From an uncultured Haloferula sp. (GTDB lineage: Bacteria; Verrucomicrobiota; Verrucomicrobiia; Verrucomicrobiales; Akkermansiaceae), in the NCBI GenBank assembly GCA_965652295.1, contig CBFGTS010000025.1, positions 1 through 33,138 on the forward strand: DNA of 33,138 nt. Reading direction: 5' to 3'. Made by a program: the position numbers and the translations under genes. Positions 6,302-16,887 of this stretch are shown here, in pieces. Position 1 is the first letter of the stretch. Every line of letters begins with the position of its first letter. Below the pieces are notes generated by a model that was not told where the DNA came from, ran no database searches, and was given only the letters and a program-made list of their open reading frames with translations.

Positions 6302-9300
6302 GGCGTCCAGACGGTGCGGATGCGGAGGAAACGACGGGGCACATCGGCAGGGAGATCGTCGCGGAACACGGCGTGCTCGAAGCCGCCTCCAAGCGCGGAC
6401 GTGCTGACGGGCAGCGAGCCGACGATTTCCCACGGGCCGCCGAGGTCGTCGGCCCCGAGCAGCTCGTAGCGGACGTTGACCGGGCTTTCCGGGCGGACGA
6501 TCCGCATCGCGGCGAAAGGTTCGTTGGCCTCCTCGACCCACACGAAGCGGACGTCGGGCAGGTCGGAGACGAGGGGATCGGTGGCGAGCGCGTATTCCTC
6601 GAAATTCAGGCGACCATCGCCATCGGGATCCGCCTGTACGCCGGAGACCGCGGACGAGGAAAGGCCGGCCGGCTCGAAGCGCGCGGCCGCCCAGGCATCG
6701 AACGAACCGGTGGCGGGAACGTCCATCTCGCCGGGTGAGCCGCCGGAGGCTCCGCTGGTCCGCCAGCCTTCGGCATCCGAATCGCCGGACGGTTCACCGG
6801 GGTGCCGGCGAACGAGAGACACGCCCGAGCCATCCGCCGCAGCGGGCCATGGAACGGTGTCGGTGTAATCGACCTGGCGCAGCGACTCGTCGCCCGGCGT
6901 GAACAGGGTCAGGGTTTCCCCGGCGTTGTTGAGACTGCCGGAATACTGGCCGGCCACGGGTTTCCCGGTTCCATAGCGGGCGGTGAAGGCTTCCAGATCG
7001 GCGACGACCAGCACGCGCCCGCCGGGCGCGAGGGTCCGGCCGGTGGCGGCACCGGTGAAGTTGAAGGAGATGGCACCGTAGAAATAAACATCCTGGAGAT
7101 CGACGTGACGCGTTCCGGTATTGAGCAGCTCGACGAACTCGAAGTCTTCGGGGTCATCGAACCCGGCCGTGATTTCCGCCGGAGAGGGATCGGCGGGATG
7201 GTAGTGGATTTCCGAAATGGCGAGATTGGAGGGCGAGGCGGGCTCGGTATCCAGCAGGAAGGTCGCCTCGCTCATGGCGCTCCAGGTGCTCCCCGAGCGG
7301 CTGCGCAGGCGCAACGTCCGCTCACCCGCACCGGTGAGGATGAGCGGGGTGGAGGTGATGGAGCGGGTGAGGTTGAACCGAAGATCCATGCTGATGTCCG
7401 AGCTGGTCGGCCCGGCCTGGTGGATCTCCACGGCAATCACGTTTTCCCCGGCGACCAGCAGCATGGGATCGACTTCAGTGGTGGCGATGGTTTCTTCGAT
7501 GGCGTTACTAGAATAATAGTTGTAAGCGGCGTCGAAGGGCAGGTTGCCGGCGATGCGGGTGCCGTTGAGATAAACGGCGTAGGCGTCGTCATAAGCCACC
7601 GAGACCTCGGCGGAGGAGATGCCGTCGAGGTCGGCCAGGGTGAAGCTCCGGCGGAAATAGCAGGTGGCCGCTTTCTGCCCCGCGGAGACGTAGTGGATGG
7701 GGATCACCGTGGTTTCATCTCCATCGCCATAGCCCAACTCGGCGGTGCCTGTGGGCCACGCGGTGTCGTCGTGGGCAGGCTCACGCCAGACGGTTCCCTG
7801 ATCGCTGCCATCGTAGAGGTATTTCCAGCCGCTCGCCGACCATGCCAGCGGCGTTTCGGTGGAGACCGATGCGGTGTAAACCTGGGCCCCCGAGCGTAGC
7901 GCGCCGCCGACGGCCCGCGGGTCGGAGCCATCCGGCATGTAGTAGGTGGTGGCGGAAGCGGGGAGCGCGACGGCGACTTCCACGCCGCTGTCCTGATACC
8001 CGCCGAAGGGGATCGGCACCGGCGCGTCGAGCGCGGGATAGAGTTGGTCGGCGCGGAGTTGGCTCAGCACCACCGGGGCGCGGGGGGAAAGGTAGGACAG
8101 CAGGGCGTTCTGGGCGTTGATCCAGGTCTGGCGGGTCTTCGGCTGGGAGGTTTTGGAGTCCCCCCAGCGGGCGCTTTCGGCGATGATCGCCTGGTCGATG
8201 ACGCCGGCGAGGCGGTTGATCCGGTTGTTCCAATTCACCGGATCGAGGGCGCCGCCGCTGAACATGTGCTTCTGGATGCGATCGGCCCAGAGCATCCGGT
8301 ATTCGGCATTGGCCAGGAGGTCCTGGTGGAGGAAGAGCGGATTGGAATAGGCGAAATTCGACTCGTTCGCCACGGTGAAGGGTCCGGTGCGGTCTTCGTT
8401 GACGTTGAAAAAGGTGTGCTCGAAATCGTGGACGAAGAACCGGAAACCCTGGCGCGGATTGTTTTCCCGGCGCCGGCTGCCGAACCAGTTGTTGGCGCGG
8501 TCGTTGCCGAGGAAGTTGGAGGTGGCCCCGTCGAGATTGCCGGTCCAGAAGGTCAGCAGCAGGTAGTCGGCGAGGTTCACGGGATCGAGCAGCACGGGAT
8601 CGGACGTCGGAGTCGCGCCGTCGGCCGCCAGTCCCATCAAGCGGAAGTAGTTGGCATTCGTCGGTGAGGCGCGATGGGTCTTGCCCTTGTTCCAGAGGTC
8701 CTGCCAGGCGGCGAGGTTGCCATCGGTGGCACCGACGACATAGCCGGCGTCCCCTTCGCTTTTCACCACGTCGTAATCGTCCTTGTCGCCACCGAAGTAG
8801 GTTTCGGCGAAGGACGCCTCGGTGCGTTCGTCGAGATTGAAAAGACCCCAGTACTGGCCGTTGAGATAGAGGTGAAAATAGCGGACATGGGAGCCGGTCT
8901 GGCCCATCTCCAGGTAGGCCTGGCGGGTCGATTCCTCGCGCAGGAAGGTGTTCGAGTCGCCGCCCTCGAAGGACCACGAGTAGTTCTGCGCGGTGCGGAG
9001 ATCGACCTGATCGAATTCCGACGGGCCGTATCGGCCGTAGAGCGGGTACTCAAGTTTCCCCGCGCCGTAGTCCTTGCGGAAATACAGCCGGAACGAATGC
9101 TTCGGGTTGTTCGTCGAACGCGAGTAACCGCCGCGGATTCTCAGGCCGGCATTGATCTGGAACTCGCCGGTGCCGTGCGGATTGAGGTCGTCGGGCGGAT
9201 TGATCCATTCCACCGAAACCGGCCGTTCCCAGGCGAAGCCGCGATTGCCGGGGTTGGCGATGATTCCCTGCGAGCCATCGATGTTGAGGAGGTTCGGCAG

Positions 9301-11316
9301 ATCGGTGGTGAGGGAAACGGCGGGCAGTGCTGCGAGCGCCTGCTTGACCGATTCCTCTCCGCCGATGTCGGGATTCCAGTAGTTCACGATCTCCGGATCC
9401 ATACCGAAATCGAGCACCTGGCTGGTGCCGCTGGTGGCCGGCCAACCGGGAGGCGGGCTGCCGTCGGCCGATTGCGTCAGCACGCTGTCGAGGAAGAGGT
9501 AGGTCTGGGTGTCCACGTTCGTCGGGGTCCAGCCGGTGCGATAGGCGATCGCCCGCAGCACGGTGGTTTCGGAAACGGTGAGCGGGCCGCTGTAGATCTC
9601 GCCGTGGGTTTCCGAAGGCGTCGAGCCATCGGTCGTGTAGCGGATGGTGGCGCCCGGGGTTTCGGTGGAGATTCCGACCTCGATGGGCGCGGTGAAGTAG
9701 CCGCGGTCCACGCTGAAACTGGTGTCCGCGACGGTGCCGAAGGAATCGGGCTCGACATTGATCCAGCCGGGGGTCGCGTTGCCGGGGGCGTAGAAGGCGG
9801 GCGGTGAGGTGATGTCGGGGGTACCGGCGATGATTTCCGGGAGGATCAGGAAATCGGAGTCCGCGGCGGTGTCCTTCATGCCGTGGATGGCGAGGACGTT
9901 CTCGCCCGCGACGAGCGAGGCGAGCTGCGAGGTCAGGTTGAAGCCGGAGGGTTGGAGGCTTTCGGCGTTGCCGCGCGCGGAGTTCGCAGTGGAGTTCCAA
10001 GCCGGGCTGGCGGGAGCGTTGGCGGAGGCCACCGGATTCCCATTCAACCACGCGACGAAGCCGTCGTTGTATCGGGCGACCAGTGAGAGCGAGGTGGCGG
10101 TGCCGGTGTCGCCGCCATTGAAGGCGTTACGGAAATAGGCTCCGGGTTTGCCGGAGAGGGCGGACGAGAGGTTGGTGGCGATGATTTCCCCGACGCCATC
10201 CGCTGAGGTGGTGGCGACCAGACCGCCGGATGCGGTATCGCCAACCAAGCGGAATGCTGGATCCCACGAGGTGTAGTTGCCGGGCGCGGCGTAGAATTCC
10301 AGCGAATCTCCACCGGTGCCTTGGAACATCACGACCTCGAAGGAATGCTGCCCGGCGGCGAGGAAGCGGCTGCCCAGGTGATCTTCCGGACCGTGGAAGG
10401 TGTCGTCGGTGTAGAGCACCGTGCCGTCGATTCTGGTCTGCACGCCATCGTCCGAATTGGTGCCGAAGGTGTAGGTGCCGGCGGTGGGGATTTCGACATA
10501 GCCGGTAAGTCGGATGGCATAGTTGTTGCCGTTTCCTCCCGGCGGGGCGGTGTTGTTCGAGTAGCGGCCGTCCGCACCGGTGCCGAGAAAGTTCGCGGAA
10601 CCGACCACCGCGGTGGCTTCTGAAAGGATCCCCGGATCTCCTTCCGGAAGGGCGAGCAGGGCGAGGGCATCGGCCAGCCCGCCCATCGAGCCGTTCATGA
10701 AAACCTGGCGCGCGGTGATGCCCGGCACCGTCAGGCCCTGACCGAGTCCGCTCGGGCCGCTCGACCAGCTGCTGTCGTCGAACGCGGGTTGGTTCCACCC
10801 CGCGGCCGGATTCGAAGCACTCGTGGGGACCCGGTACCGGGTCTCGGCACCGGGGGAAAGGAGGGCCTGGGTTTCGAACACAAGACCGTAGGAGGCGTCG
10901 TCGCCCATCGCCGGGAACTCCGGGGCGAACTCGTGTTCGATGCTCGTGCCGTCGGCATGGACGAGCGCGAGGTATTCGCCACTGGCCGAGAGGGCGAAGT
11001 TGGTGTGAAGCGGCTGCGCGGGGTCGCGGCGGTCTTTTCCCGAAGCCCACACGATCCTGAACTCGCCAGGCTGGAGGGTGATGGCCGGAATGCGCCACTT
11101 GGTCAGGTTGGTGGCCGAGTCGGTGAGATACCAGTCGGCCAGCGAAACGGGAACGGCGTCCGGGTTATGGATTTCGATCCAATCGGAGAAATCGCCATCA
11201 TCGTCGCCCACGGCCGATTCATTATCCGCCATGATCTCCGAGATGACGGGTGCCGCGGCGGCAGGCAAAGCGCATGCCAAGGCCAGGTATAGGGGAAGGA
11301 AGGCAGGACAGCTCAC
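6298..11316 (-). CDS. Large secreted multidomain protein: lamin-tail domain, beta-sandwich with inserted PA14, Fn3/chitobiase-like, CotH kinase, second beta-sandwich, lamin-tail domain, C-terminal DxDGDG region
   Basis: Signal peptide, PVISEIMADN...DWIEIHN (LTD), FGTNSDDG (PA14), IRYTTDGSTP, IRGGYSR...YLNGQYWGLFNLDER...HDFE (CotH), ISEIHYHP...EFVELLN (LTD), DPDGDGRLNFEEYALATDP...RRFLRIR. Confidence 0.88.
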   Translation of the reverse strand: MSCPAFLPLYLALACALPAAAAPVISEIMADNESAVGDDDGDFSDWIEIHNPDAVPVSLADWYLTDSATNLTKWRIPAITLQPGEFRIVWASGKDRRDPAQPLHTNFALSASGEYLALVHADGTSIEHEFAPEFPAMGDDASYGLVFETQALLSPGAETRYRVPTSASNPAAGWNQPAFDDSSWSSGPSGLGQGLTVPGITARQVFMNGSMGGLADALALLALPEGDPGILSEATAVVGSANFLGTGADGRYSNNTAPPGGNGNNYAIRLTGYVEIPTAGTYTFGTNSDDGVQTRIDGTVLYTDDTFHGPEDHLGSRFLAAGQHSFEVVMFQGTGGDSLEFYAAPGNYTSWDPAFRLVGDTASGGLVATTSADGVGEIIATNLSSALSGKPGAYFRNAFNGGDTGTATSLSLVARYNDGFVAWLNGNPVASANAPASPAWNSTANSARGNAESLQPSGFNLTSQLASLVAGENVLAIHGMKDTAADSDFLILPEIIAGTPDITSPPAFYAPGNATPGWINVEPDSFGTVADTSFSVDRGYFTAPIEVGISTETPGATIRYTTDGSTPSETHGEIYSGPLTVSETTVLRAIAYRTGWTPTNVDTQTYLFLDSVLTQSADGSPPPGWPATSGTSQVLDFGMDPEIVNYWNPDIGGEESVKQALAALPAVSLTTDLPNLLNIDGSQGIIANPGNRGFAWERPVSVEWINPPDDLNPHGTGEFQINAGLRIRGGYSRSTNNPKHSFRLYFRKDYGAGKLEYPLYGRYGPSEFDQVDLRTAQNYSWSFEGGDSNTFLREESTRQAYLEMGQTGSHVRYFHLYLNGQYWGLFNLDERTEASFAETYFGGDKDDYDVVKSEGDAGYVVGATDGNLAAWQDLWNKGKTHRASPTNANYFRLMGLAADGATPTSDPVLLDPVNLADYLLLTFWTGNLDGATSNFLGNDRANNWFGSRRRENNPRQGFRFFVHDFEHTFFNVNEDRTGPFTVANESNFAYSNPLFLHQDLLANAEYRMLWADRIQKHMFSGGALDPVNWNNRINRLAGVIDQAIIAESARWGDSKTSQPKTRQTWINAQNALLSYLSPRAPVVLSQLRADQLYPALDAPVPIPFGGYQDSGVEVAVALPASATTYYMPDGSDPRAVGGALRSGAQVYTASVSTETPLAWSASGWKYLYDGSDQGTVWREPAHDDTAWPTGTAELGYGDGDETTVIPIHYVSAGQKAATCYFRRSFTLADLDGISSAEVSVAYDDAYAVYLNGTRIAGNLPFDAAYNYYSSNAIEETIATTEVDPMLLVAGENVIAVEIHQAGPTSSDISMDLRFNLTRSITSTPLILTGAGERTLRLRSRSGSTWSAMSEATFLLDTEPASPSNLAISEIHYHPADPSPAEITAGFDDPEDFEFVELLNTGTRHVDLQDVYFYGAISFNFTGAATGRTLAPGGRVLVVADLEAFTARYGTGKPVAGQYSGSLNNAGETLTLFTPGDESLRQVDYTDTVPWPAAADGSGVSLVRRHPGEPSGDSDAEGWRTSGASGGSPGEMDVPATGSFDAWAAARFEPAGLSSSAVSGVQADPDGDGRLNFEEYALATDPLVSDLPDVRFVWVEEANEPFAAMRIVRPESPVNVRYELLGADDLGGPWEIVGSLPVSTSALGGGFEHAVFRDDLPADVPRRFLRIRTVWTP

Positions 11317-11403
11317 GGGTTGAGGATGGACGGGATGGGTTTGGGGATTGTTTCAGCGCGGGAGGCACGCGGCAATGACCGACTTCCGGCCGGGGTGCCC
11401 GGG

Positions 11404-12489
11404 CTATCTCCTCGGCGCGGGCGGCAGTTCGAGGGTGAACCGCTTGTCGGCCGAAGCCGGCCAGCCGGCTTCCTCGCCTTCCTTCGCGGCCAGGTGGGGA
11501 GAGATCGTCCATACCCTCAGGGTTTTGCCATCCGCGAGGAACTCAAGCAGGCGGAACCAACCATTGCCTCCGCGGGGCGCCCACTGGCCGTTGCAGAGCA
11601 TCTGGTGGCAGACCCGGCCGTCCTCGTAGGCATCACGGCGGTAGGCCAGCGCGAGGTCATGCACCCACTCCACCTCGTGGGTGTGCTCGTTGGCGCGCTT
11701 GAAGGGCTTGTAGTGGCCATTCACCACCAACTCGAAGTTCGAGTGTTTGGAGATGAAGGCATCCCACAGCTCCTTTCCGCTATGGACGTTCCCACCCTTG
11801 CTGATGCCATAGGAATACGGGCTGTTCTTCGTCTCCCGCGTGGTGTGGCGGGCCTGGCCGTCGTCGCTGAAGAGCGAGGACTCCTGATCGATGAACTCGT
11901 GCGTGACGAGGATGTAGGATGGCTCGGGATGTGCCTGCGCCACCTCCTCCGCCCACTTCACGACTTCTTTCCGAGGCCCGAACTCGAGGGAGAAAACCAC
12001 GTAGTCCCGGCCGCCGTGAGCGAAACGGTACCAGGCATTTTCCAACCGACCTTCCTCGAATGAACCGCCGAAGATGCGCTGGTTCAAGGGATTGTCGGAG
12101 ATCTTGAAATAGTCGTTGAGCATCGTGCTGCGGTCCGACGAGTTCTGGCCGAGATCATGGTTCCCCACGGCGAGGACGTAAGGCAGCTTGCCGTCCAGCA
12201 CCTTGAGGCTGTTCTTGGCCCGTTCCCACTGTTCCGGCGTGTTGGCATCCACGATATCGCCGACGTGGAGGACCAGCTTGATGTGGTACTTCAGCCGGTG
12301 GTCCACCAACCACTCGGTGATTTCGGTGAAAAGCGGCGCGTCCTCCGCACTACGGACGTAGTACTGGGTATCCGGAATCACCGCGATGGTCCAGGAATCG
12401 GGTGAAGGCCGGTCCGCGGGCTTCTCCGCCCCCAAGGCGAGGTGCGGAAAAAACAGGCAGACGGCGGCGAGCGTGGTGGCAAGTCTCAT
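11404..12489 (-). CDS. Secreted calcineurin-like metallophosphoesterase
   Basis: Signal peptide MRLATTLAAVCLFF...ALG; motifs PDTQ, GDIVD, GNHD, VTH, NGH. Confidence 0.88.
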   Translation of the reverse strand: MRLATTLAAVCLFFPHLALGAEKPADRPSPDSWTIAVIPDTQYYVRSAEDAPLFTEITEWLVDHRLKYHIKLVLHVGDIVDANTPEQWERAKNSLKVLDGKLPYVLAVGNHDLGQNSSDRSTMLNDYFKISDNPLNQRIFGGSFEEGRLENAWYRFAHGGRDYVVFSLEFGPRKEVVKWAEEVAQAHPEPSYILVTHEFIDQESSLFSDDGQARHTTRETKNSPYSYGISKGGNVHSGKELWDAFISKHSNFELVVNGHYKPFKRANEHTHEVEWVHDLALAYRRDAYEDGRVCHQMLCNGQWAPRGGNGWFRLLEFLADGKTLRVWTISPHLAAKEGEEAGWPASADKRFTLELPPAPRR

Positions 12490-12538
12490 GGGACAAAAGA
12501 CGAGATAACGCCCTCGGATGGGGATACCTTTCACCACC

Positions 12539-13492
12539 CTACTGCGGAGGCGACCCGAGGGTGAAGACGGTGACGACCGCCGCGTGGTCGGACGGCCAGG
12601 AATTGTCCGTCACTCCCCCGAGATCGCCGCCCCAGGGTCCGGTGGTGGTTTCCACCGTGGTGGTGAAGGTCCGGGAACTGGCTACCCGCAGCGGCTGACC
12701 TTTGCAGAGAATGAAATCGATGCGGTCCTGCGGCTCATCCTGCTTGTGGATCGCGGACCACGTCGTGCCGGGATGCTCACGGGGGTCCGGGTGGGCGATG
12801 CGGAAGGTATCGGCCAGGCCCGCTTCCGCGAAACGGGCCGTCTCGGGCCAAGCCACCGCCACGCCGCCATGGAACTCGCGGCAGGCCTCGGTCCAATCGA
12901 GATGCGAGGGGACGTTGAAATCCCCCGCAACGATCACCGGAACCTCGTCGGCGCGGGCCAGATGGGAGTGGAGGGAATCCAGCACCGCCTCCACCTGGGG
13001 CAGTCGCTCCGAACGCGCGTTTTCGGCGAGGACCGCTACAGAAGTCGCGCCCTTTTCTCGCGCCGCGTAGGGGCCGTAGAACCGGTAGTCGAGGTGGATG
13101 CTGAAAACCAGGACCTCGCGCTCCGGCTCGGGGCCGATGCGGATGCGTGCGCCGAGCATGCGGTCATCGCCGATGCCCGAACCGGTGATGGAATGCATGA
13201 TGGGGTGACGGCTGAGAATCTGAACCGAGCCACTTCCACCGGCGGCATGATGCCAGCCCAGCTCCTCCGCCATCCTTGCCGCCGTGTCCGGAGACGACTC
13301 CTGGAGCGCCACCACTTCCGCCCGCGAGCCGAGGATCGCCGCCTTGCCTTTCGCAAAGCCGTCGCGGATCTGGCTCCACTGGTGCCAGGTGTTGAAACTC
13401 ATCACCGTCAGGGACTCATCGGCTCCATGACAAGGGAAGTGGAGCACCGCGGCCAACAAGCTGGCAGGTCTGAGGAACCAGATGGGAATCAT
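12539..13492 (-). CDS. Secreted endonuclease/exonuclease/phosphatase family protein
   Basis: MSFNT, ALQE, AGDFN, DRIDFI and PSDH motifs; hydrophobic N-terminus. Confidence 0.9.
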   Translation of the reverse strand: MIPIWFLRPASLLAAVLHFPCHGADESLTVMSFNTWHQWSQIRDGFAKGKAAILGSRAEVVALQESSPDTAARMAEELGWHHAAGGSGSVQILSRHPIMHSITGSGIGDDRMLGARIRIGPEPEREVLVFSIHLDYRFYGPYAAREKGATSVAVLAENARSERLPQVEAVLDSLHSHLARADEVPVIVAGDFNVPSHLDWTEACREFHGGVAVAWPETARFAEAGLADTFRIAHPDPREHPGTTWSAIHKQDEPQDRIDFILCKGQPLRVASSRTFTTTVETTTGPWGGDLGGVTDNSWPSDHAAVVTVFTLGSPPQ

Positions 13493-13623
13493 ATGCCGAC
13501 CCCCTACGGAACCGAGACCTGGAATCTCACGGCATCCTCAGGGAGTGGTGAGGCGGACGCAATTTCCCGCCGAGACGTCGAAAACCTTTTCACCCTCGCC
13601 GCCTTCCGCGTGAACTACCACGT

Positions 13624-14694
13624 ATGAGCGCACCACCTGTCCGCTGGGGCATCCTCGGCACCGCCCGCATCGCCGTGAAAAACTGGAAGGCCATCCGGCT
13701 TTCGGGAAATTCAGTGGTGCGCGCCGTGGCCAGCCGGAGTCTGGAGAAAAGCCGTCGATTCATCGCGGAGCAGCAGGCGGCGGCACCCTTCGCGTGCGAG
13801 CCGGAGGCGCTCGGAAGCTACGAGGAACTGCTCGCCCACCCGGAGATCGAGGCCGTTTACATCCCTCTTCCCACCGGCCTGCGCAAGGAGTGGGTGATCC
13901 GCGCCGCCGAAGCCGGGAAGCATGTCTTGTCGGAAAAACCCTGCGCGGTGGACGCCCGTGACCTTGAGGAAATGCTGGCCGCCTGCCGGGCGAACGGCGT
14001 GCGTTTCATGGACGGCGTGATGTTCATGCACAACCCGCGGCTGGAGCCGGTGCGCGCGGCGCTGGAAGACCCGGAGCGGGTCGGCCGGCTCCGTCGCATT
14101 CACTCGGCGTTCAGTTTCCTCGGGGCCGGGGATTTCCTCGAAACGAACATCCGGGCGCAGTCCGCGCTCGAACCACTCGGATGTCTCGGCGATCTGGGTT
14201 GGTACTGCATCCGCTTCGCCCTGTGGGTGATGCGCGGCGAGCTGCCCGAGCGCGTCTCCGGTCGCATCCTGACCGATGGAGCCTCGGCGTCCGGCGCGCC
14301 CGGCGCTCCGATTGAATTCTCCGGCGAGTTGTTTTTCGCCGACGGCATCTCCTGCGGCTTTTACTGCTCATTCCTCGCCGACCGTCAGCAATGGGTCAGC
14401 GTGAGCGGCGAGCGCGGGTCGGTGCGGATCGCCGACTTCGTGAACGCGAGCGACGACGTGGACACCGTTTACGAAGTCGGAAACCAACGCGTGCTGAAGG
14501 CCGGGAGCGGCCTGGAACTCGGCAGCGAAACCCGTGCTGGTTCCCAGGAAACGCTCATGATCCGGAACTTCGCGGAGGGCGTGCGGTCGGGGGAGGGCGG
14601 CCCGGCATGGGAGGAGATCGCGCTGAAAACCCAGCGGGTCACCGATGCCTGCCTGGCTTCGGCCCGAGCTGGCGGCCGGGAGGTGGCGGTGTGA
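13624..14694 (+). CDS. Gfo/Idh/MocA family oxidoreductase
   Basis: WGILGTARIA, GKHVLSEKP, GCLGDLGWY. Confidence 0.92.
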   Translation: MSAPPVRWGILGTARIAVKNWKAIRLSGNSVVRAVASRSLEKSRRFIAEQQAAAPFACEPEALGSYEELLAHPEIEAVYIPLPTGLRKEWVIRAAEAGKHVLSEKPCAVDARDLEEMLAACRANGVRFMDGVMFMHNPRLEPVRAALEDPERVGRLRRIHSAFSFLGAGDFLETNIRAQSALEPLGCLGDLGWYCIRFALWVMRGELPERVSGRILTDGASASGAPGAPIEFSGELFFADGISCGFYCSFLADRQQWVSVSGERGSVRIADFVNASDDVDTVYEVGNQRVLKAGSGLELGSETRAGSQETLMIRNFAEGVRSGEGGPAWEEIALKTQRVTDACLASARAGGREVAV

Positions 14695-14704
14695 CGCCGG
14701 TCGC

Positions 14705-15325
14705 TCAGCCGCCGCGCAACCGCAGCATCGGCAGCCGCCATTTCCACCGCATCGCCGCAAGTCGCAGGAACAGGATCAGTCCCATGGCAACCCAACGGTG
14801 CCATTTCGCCGCAGGCTGGAACTCGCGGAACAGCACGAACGCCAGCGCGCCCGCAAAGACCGCCGTGGCATAGAGTTCCATGTCTTTCCTGAAAACCAGC
14901 GGTACCTCGGTCCGCAGCACGTCGCGAAGGATGCCGCCCGCCACACCGGTCACGATCCCCAGCAACACCGCCACGATTCCCGGCACGCCGAAAGCCAGTG
15001 CCTTCTCCGTGCCCGCGATCCCGAACAGCGCGAGCCCCACGGCATCGATGAAAGCCAGCGACCTCGCCGGCAGCGACACGAACCGCACCAACACGAACGT
15101 CACCAAGGCCGCCGCCAGCGCGGTCCAGATGTAAAGCGGCTGCTCGATCCAGAACAGCGGGCGGGCGTCCAGACACAGGTCCCGCACCGTGCCGCCACCC
15201 ACCGCGGTGACCAGTGCCAGCACCACTACGCCGAAGAGGTCGATGCGTTTTCCATCCGCCGCCAATACTGCCGACACGGCACAGGCCGCGACGGCGAGAT
15301 ATTCGATCCAGGCGGCCAGAGGCAT
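14705..15325 (-). CDS. Trimeric intracellular cation channel (TRIC / UPF0126) family membrane protein
   Basis: Duplicated GGGTVRD / GGILRD motifs, DAVGLALF, about 7 TM segments; start MPLAAWIEY. Confidence 0.88.
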   Translation of the reverse strand: MPLAAWIEYLAVAACAVSAVLAADGKRIDLFGVVVLALVTAVGGGTVRDLCLDARPLFWIEQPLYIWTALAAALVTFVLVRFVSLPARSLAFIDAVGLALFGIAGTEKALAFGVPGIVAVLLGIVTGVAGGILRDVLRTEVPLVFRKDMELYATAVFAGALAFVLFREFQPAAKWHRWVAMGLILFLRLAAMRWKWRLPMLRLRGG

Positions 15326-15460
15326 CGCAGGCCAGCAAGCCAAGCGCCCCCGGGTGCGTCCATTGAAATCGGCGTCCGCGGCACGCGGGATCCACCGCCG
15401 CGGCACGAGAGCTGAGATTCCCTCTTTTCTCCCGTCCGCATCCTCCCTACCACCCCGCCC

Positions 15461-15943
15461 GTGAAAGAAGTCACCATCCACACCGATGGCGCGTGCCGCG
15501 GAAATCCGGGACCGGGCGGCTATGGCGCGGTGATGGTCTCCGGAAAGCACCGGCTCGAGCTTTCCGCCGGGTTCCAGCGCACGACCAACAACCGCATGGA
15601 GCTGCTCGCGGCGATCGTGGCCTTGGAAAAGCTCACCCAACCGTGCCGCGTCACCCTGCTTTCCGACTCCCGCTACCTGATCGATGCCATGACCAAGGGT
15701 TGGCTGCGCGGATGGAAAGCCCGGGGTTGGATGACCGCAGCCAGGCAGCCCGTGAAGAACCCCGATCTGTGGAGCCGTCTTGAAGCCGCCGCGGCACCGC
15801 ACGAAGTCTCCTGGAAATGGCTCCGGGGCCACGCCGGCCATCGGGAGAACGAGCGCTGCGACGAACTCGCCGTCGCCGCCAGCCGCAGCCCGGACCGGCA
15901 GGTGGACTCCGGTTTCGAAGCCGAGGGTGGCCGGCGCGGGTGA
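15461..15943 (+). CDS. rnhA: Ribonuclease HI
   Basis: [48 protein letters not shown]. Confidence 0.97.
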   Translation: MKEVTIHTDGACRGNPGPGGYGAVMVSGKHRLELSAGFQRTTNNRMELLAAIVALEKLTQPCRVTLLSDSRYLIDAMTKGWLRGWKARGWMTAARQPVKNPDLWSRLEAAAAPHEVSWKWLRGHAGHRENERCDELAVAASRSPDRQVDSGFEAEGGRRG

Positions 15944-15947
15944 CCGC

Positions 15948-16769
15948 CTAGCAGAGGCGGATCATGTCCTTCACAAACTGCCCCCAGAGGAAAAACAAGC
16001 CGCGGCTTGAGTACTCGAAGTAGCGGTCATCGAAGCTGGGGCGGAGGATGCCGGCATCGAGGTTGTGACGGAGCTGGCTGCACATCTCCCTTTCGATCGA
16101 CGCCTCGATTTCATCCGGGTCCGGCATCCGCAGCGCATCGGGATCGACCTTCTGCCGGGCCAGGAACTCGCGGTGATCGGCCAGGATCTGGGCGAAGGCG
16201 TTCCGCTCGCAAGGCACGTGGTTCCAGACCAGCCGCGGCGGGGGCTTGAGCGTGGGGGAGAACGGGAAGTTCGTGGTCCGCAGCACCCGCCCGTCCGAAT
16301 GGCGCGAGGTCACGGAGAGAAAAGAAAAGGCGACCTCGCTCTGCTCGCACAGATGGATGGTCGCCTCCGCCCGCTCCTCGGGATGCCAGTAAAGCTGGAG
16401 ATACTGCCGCATGCCGCCCCATTCCCACGAGCAGTCGCCCACGTGATCGAAGCCGTTCTCCTCCATGTCCGCCGCCGCTTCCGGAGCGTGGGGAAAAAAC
16501 GCCGGGTCCGGGTGACGGCGATGGCTGAGGTGGTTTTCCAAAGGCAGCCGCAGCCGCCGGATCCGCGTGAGGAGCTCCACCCAGGGCAATAAAAACCACG
16601 GCACCAAGCCGAAAACCCCCGCCCACCAATGGCCGCTGAGGATCGCCACCAGCACGAACGACGCCGCCAGGAACGTCAGCGCGCCGAGCTTCCGGATCAC
16701 ACCGGTATGCGACGACCGTAATCCGATCGCCAGCACCACAAGGCCGACCACAACTAGCGTCTCTCGCAT
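15948..16769 (-). CDS. Hypothetical membrane protein (3 N-terminal TM helices plus a soluble domain)
   Basis: GGAGGA RBS before MRETLVVV; hydrophobic N-terminus; tight gene packing. Confidence 0.75.
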   Translation of the reverse strand: MRETLVVVGLVVLAIGLRSSHTGVIRKLGALTFLAASFVLVAILSGHWWAGVFGLVPWFLLPWVELLTRIRRLRLPLENHLSHRRHPDPAFFPHAPEAAADMEENGFDHVGDCSWEWGGMRQYLQLYWHPEERAEATIHLCEQSEVAFSFLSVTSRHSDGRVLRTTNFPFSPTLKPPPRLVWNHVPCERNAFAQILADHREFLARQKVDPDALRMPDPDEIEASIEREMCSQLRHNLDAGILRPSFDDRYFEYSSRGLFFLWGQFVKDMIRLC

Positions 16770-16887
16770 GAATCCTCCAGGGGGGCAAAATGCCGTTCCG
16801 CAAGCAAGCGGTGCCCCACCCATCCGTCAAGGGACGGAAACACGGCTTTGCACGCCGCTCCGCCCGCGCTTCACTGGTGCCCGAGCC

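Noticed and set aside
6302..6541. N-terminal extension of the 808-aa ORF
   Set aside because: Overlaps the CotH C-terminus and is Arg-rich noise; the GTGA overlap at 6298-6301 gives a better start.
15326..15460. Glycine riboswitch upstream of the TRIC-family gene
   Set aside because: No recognisable aptamer motifs by eye; an Rfam scan would be needed to exclude it fully.
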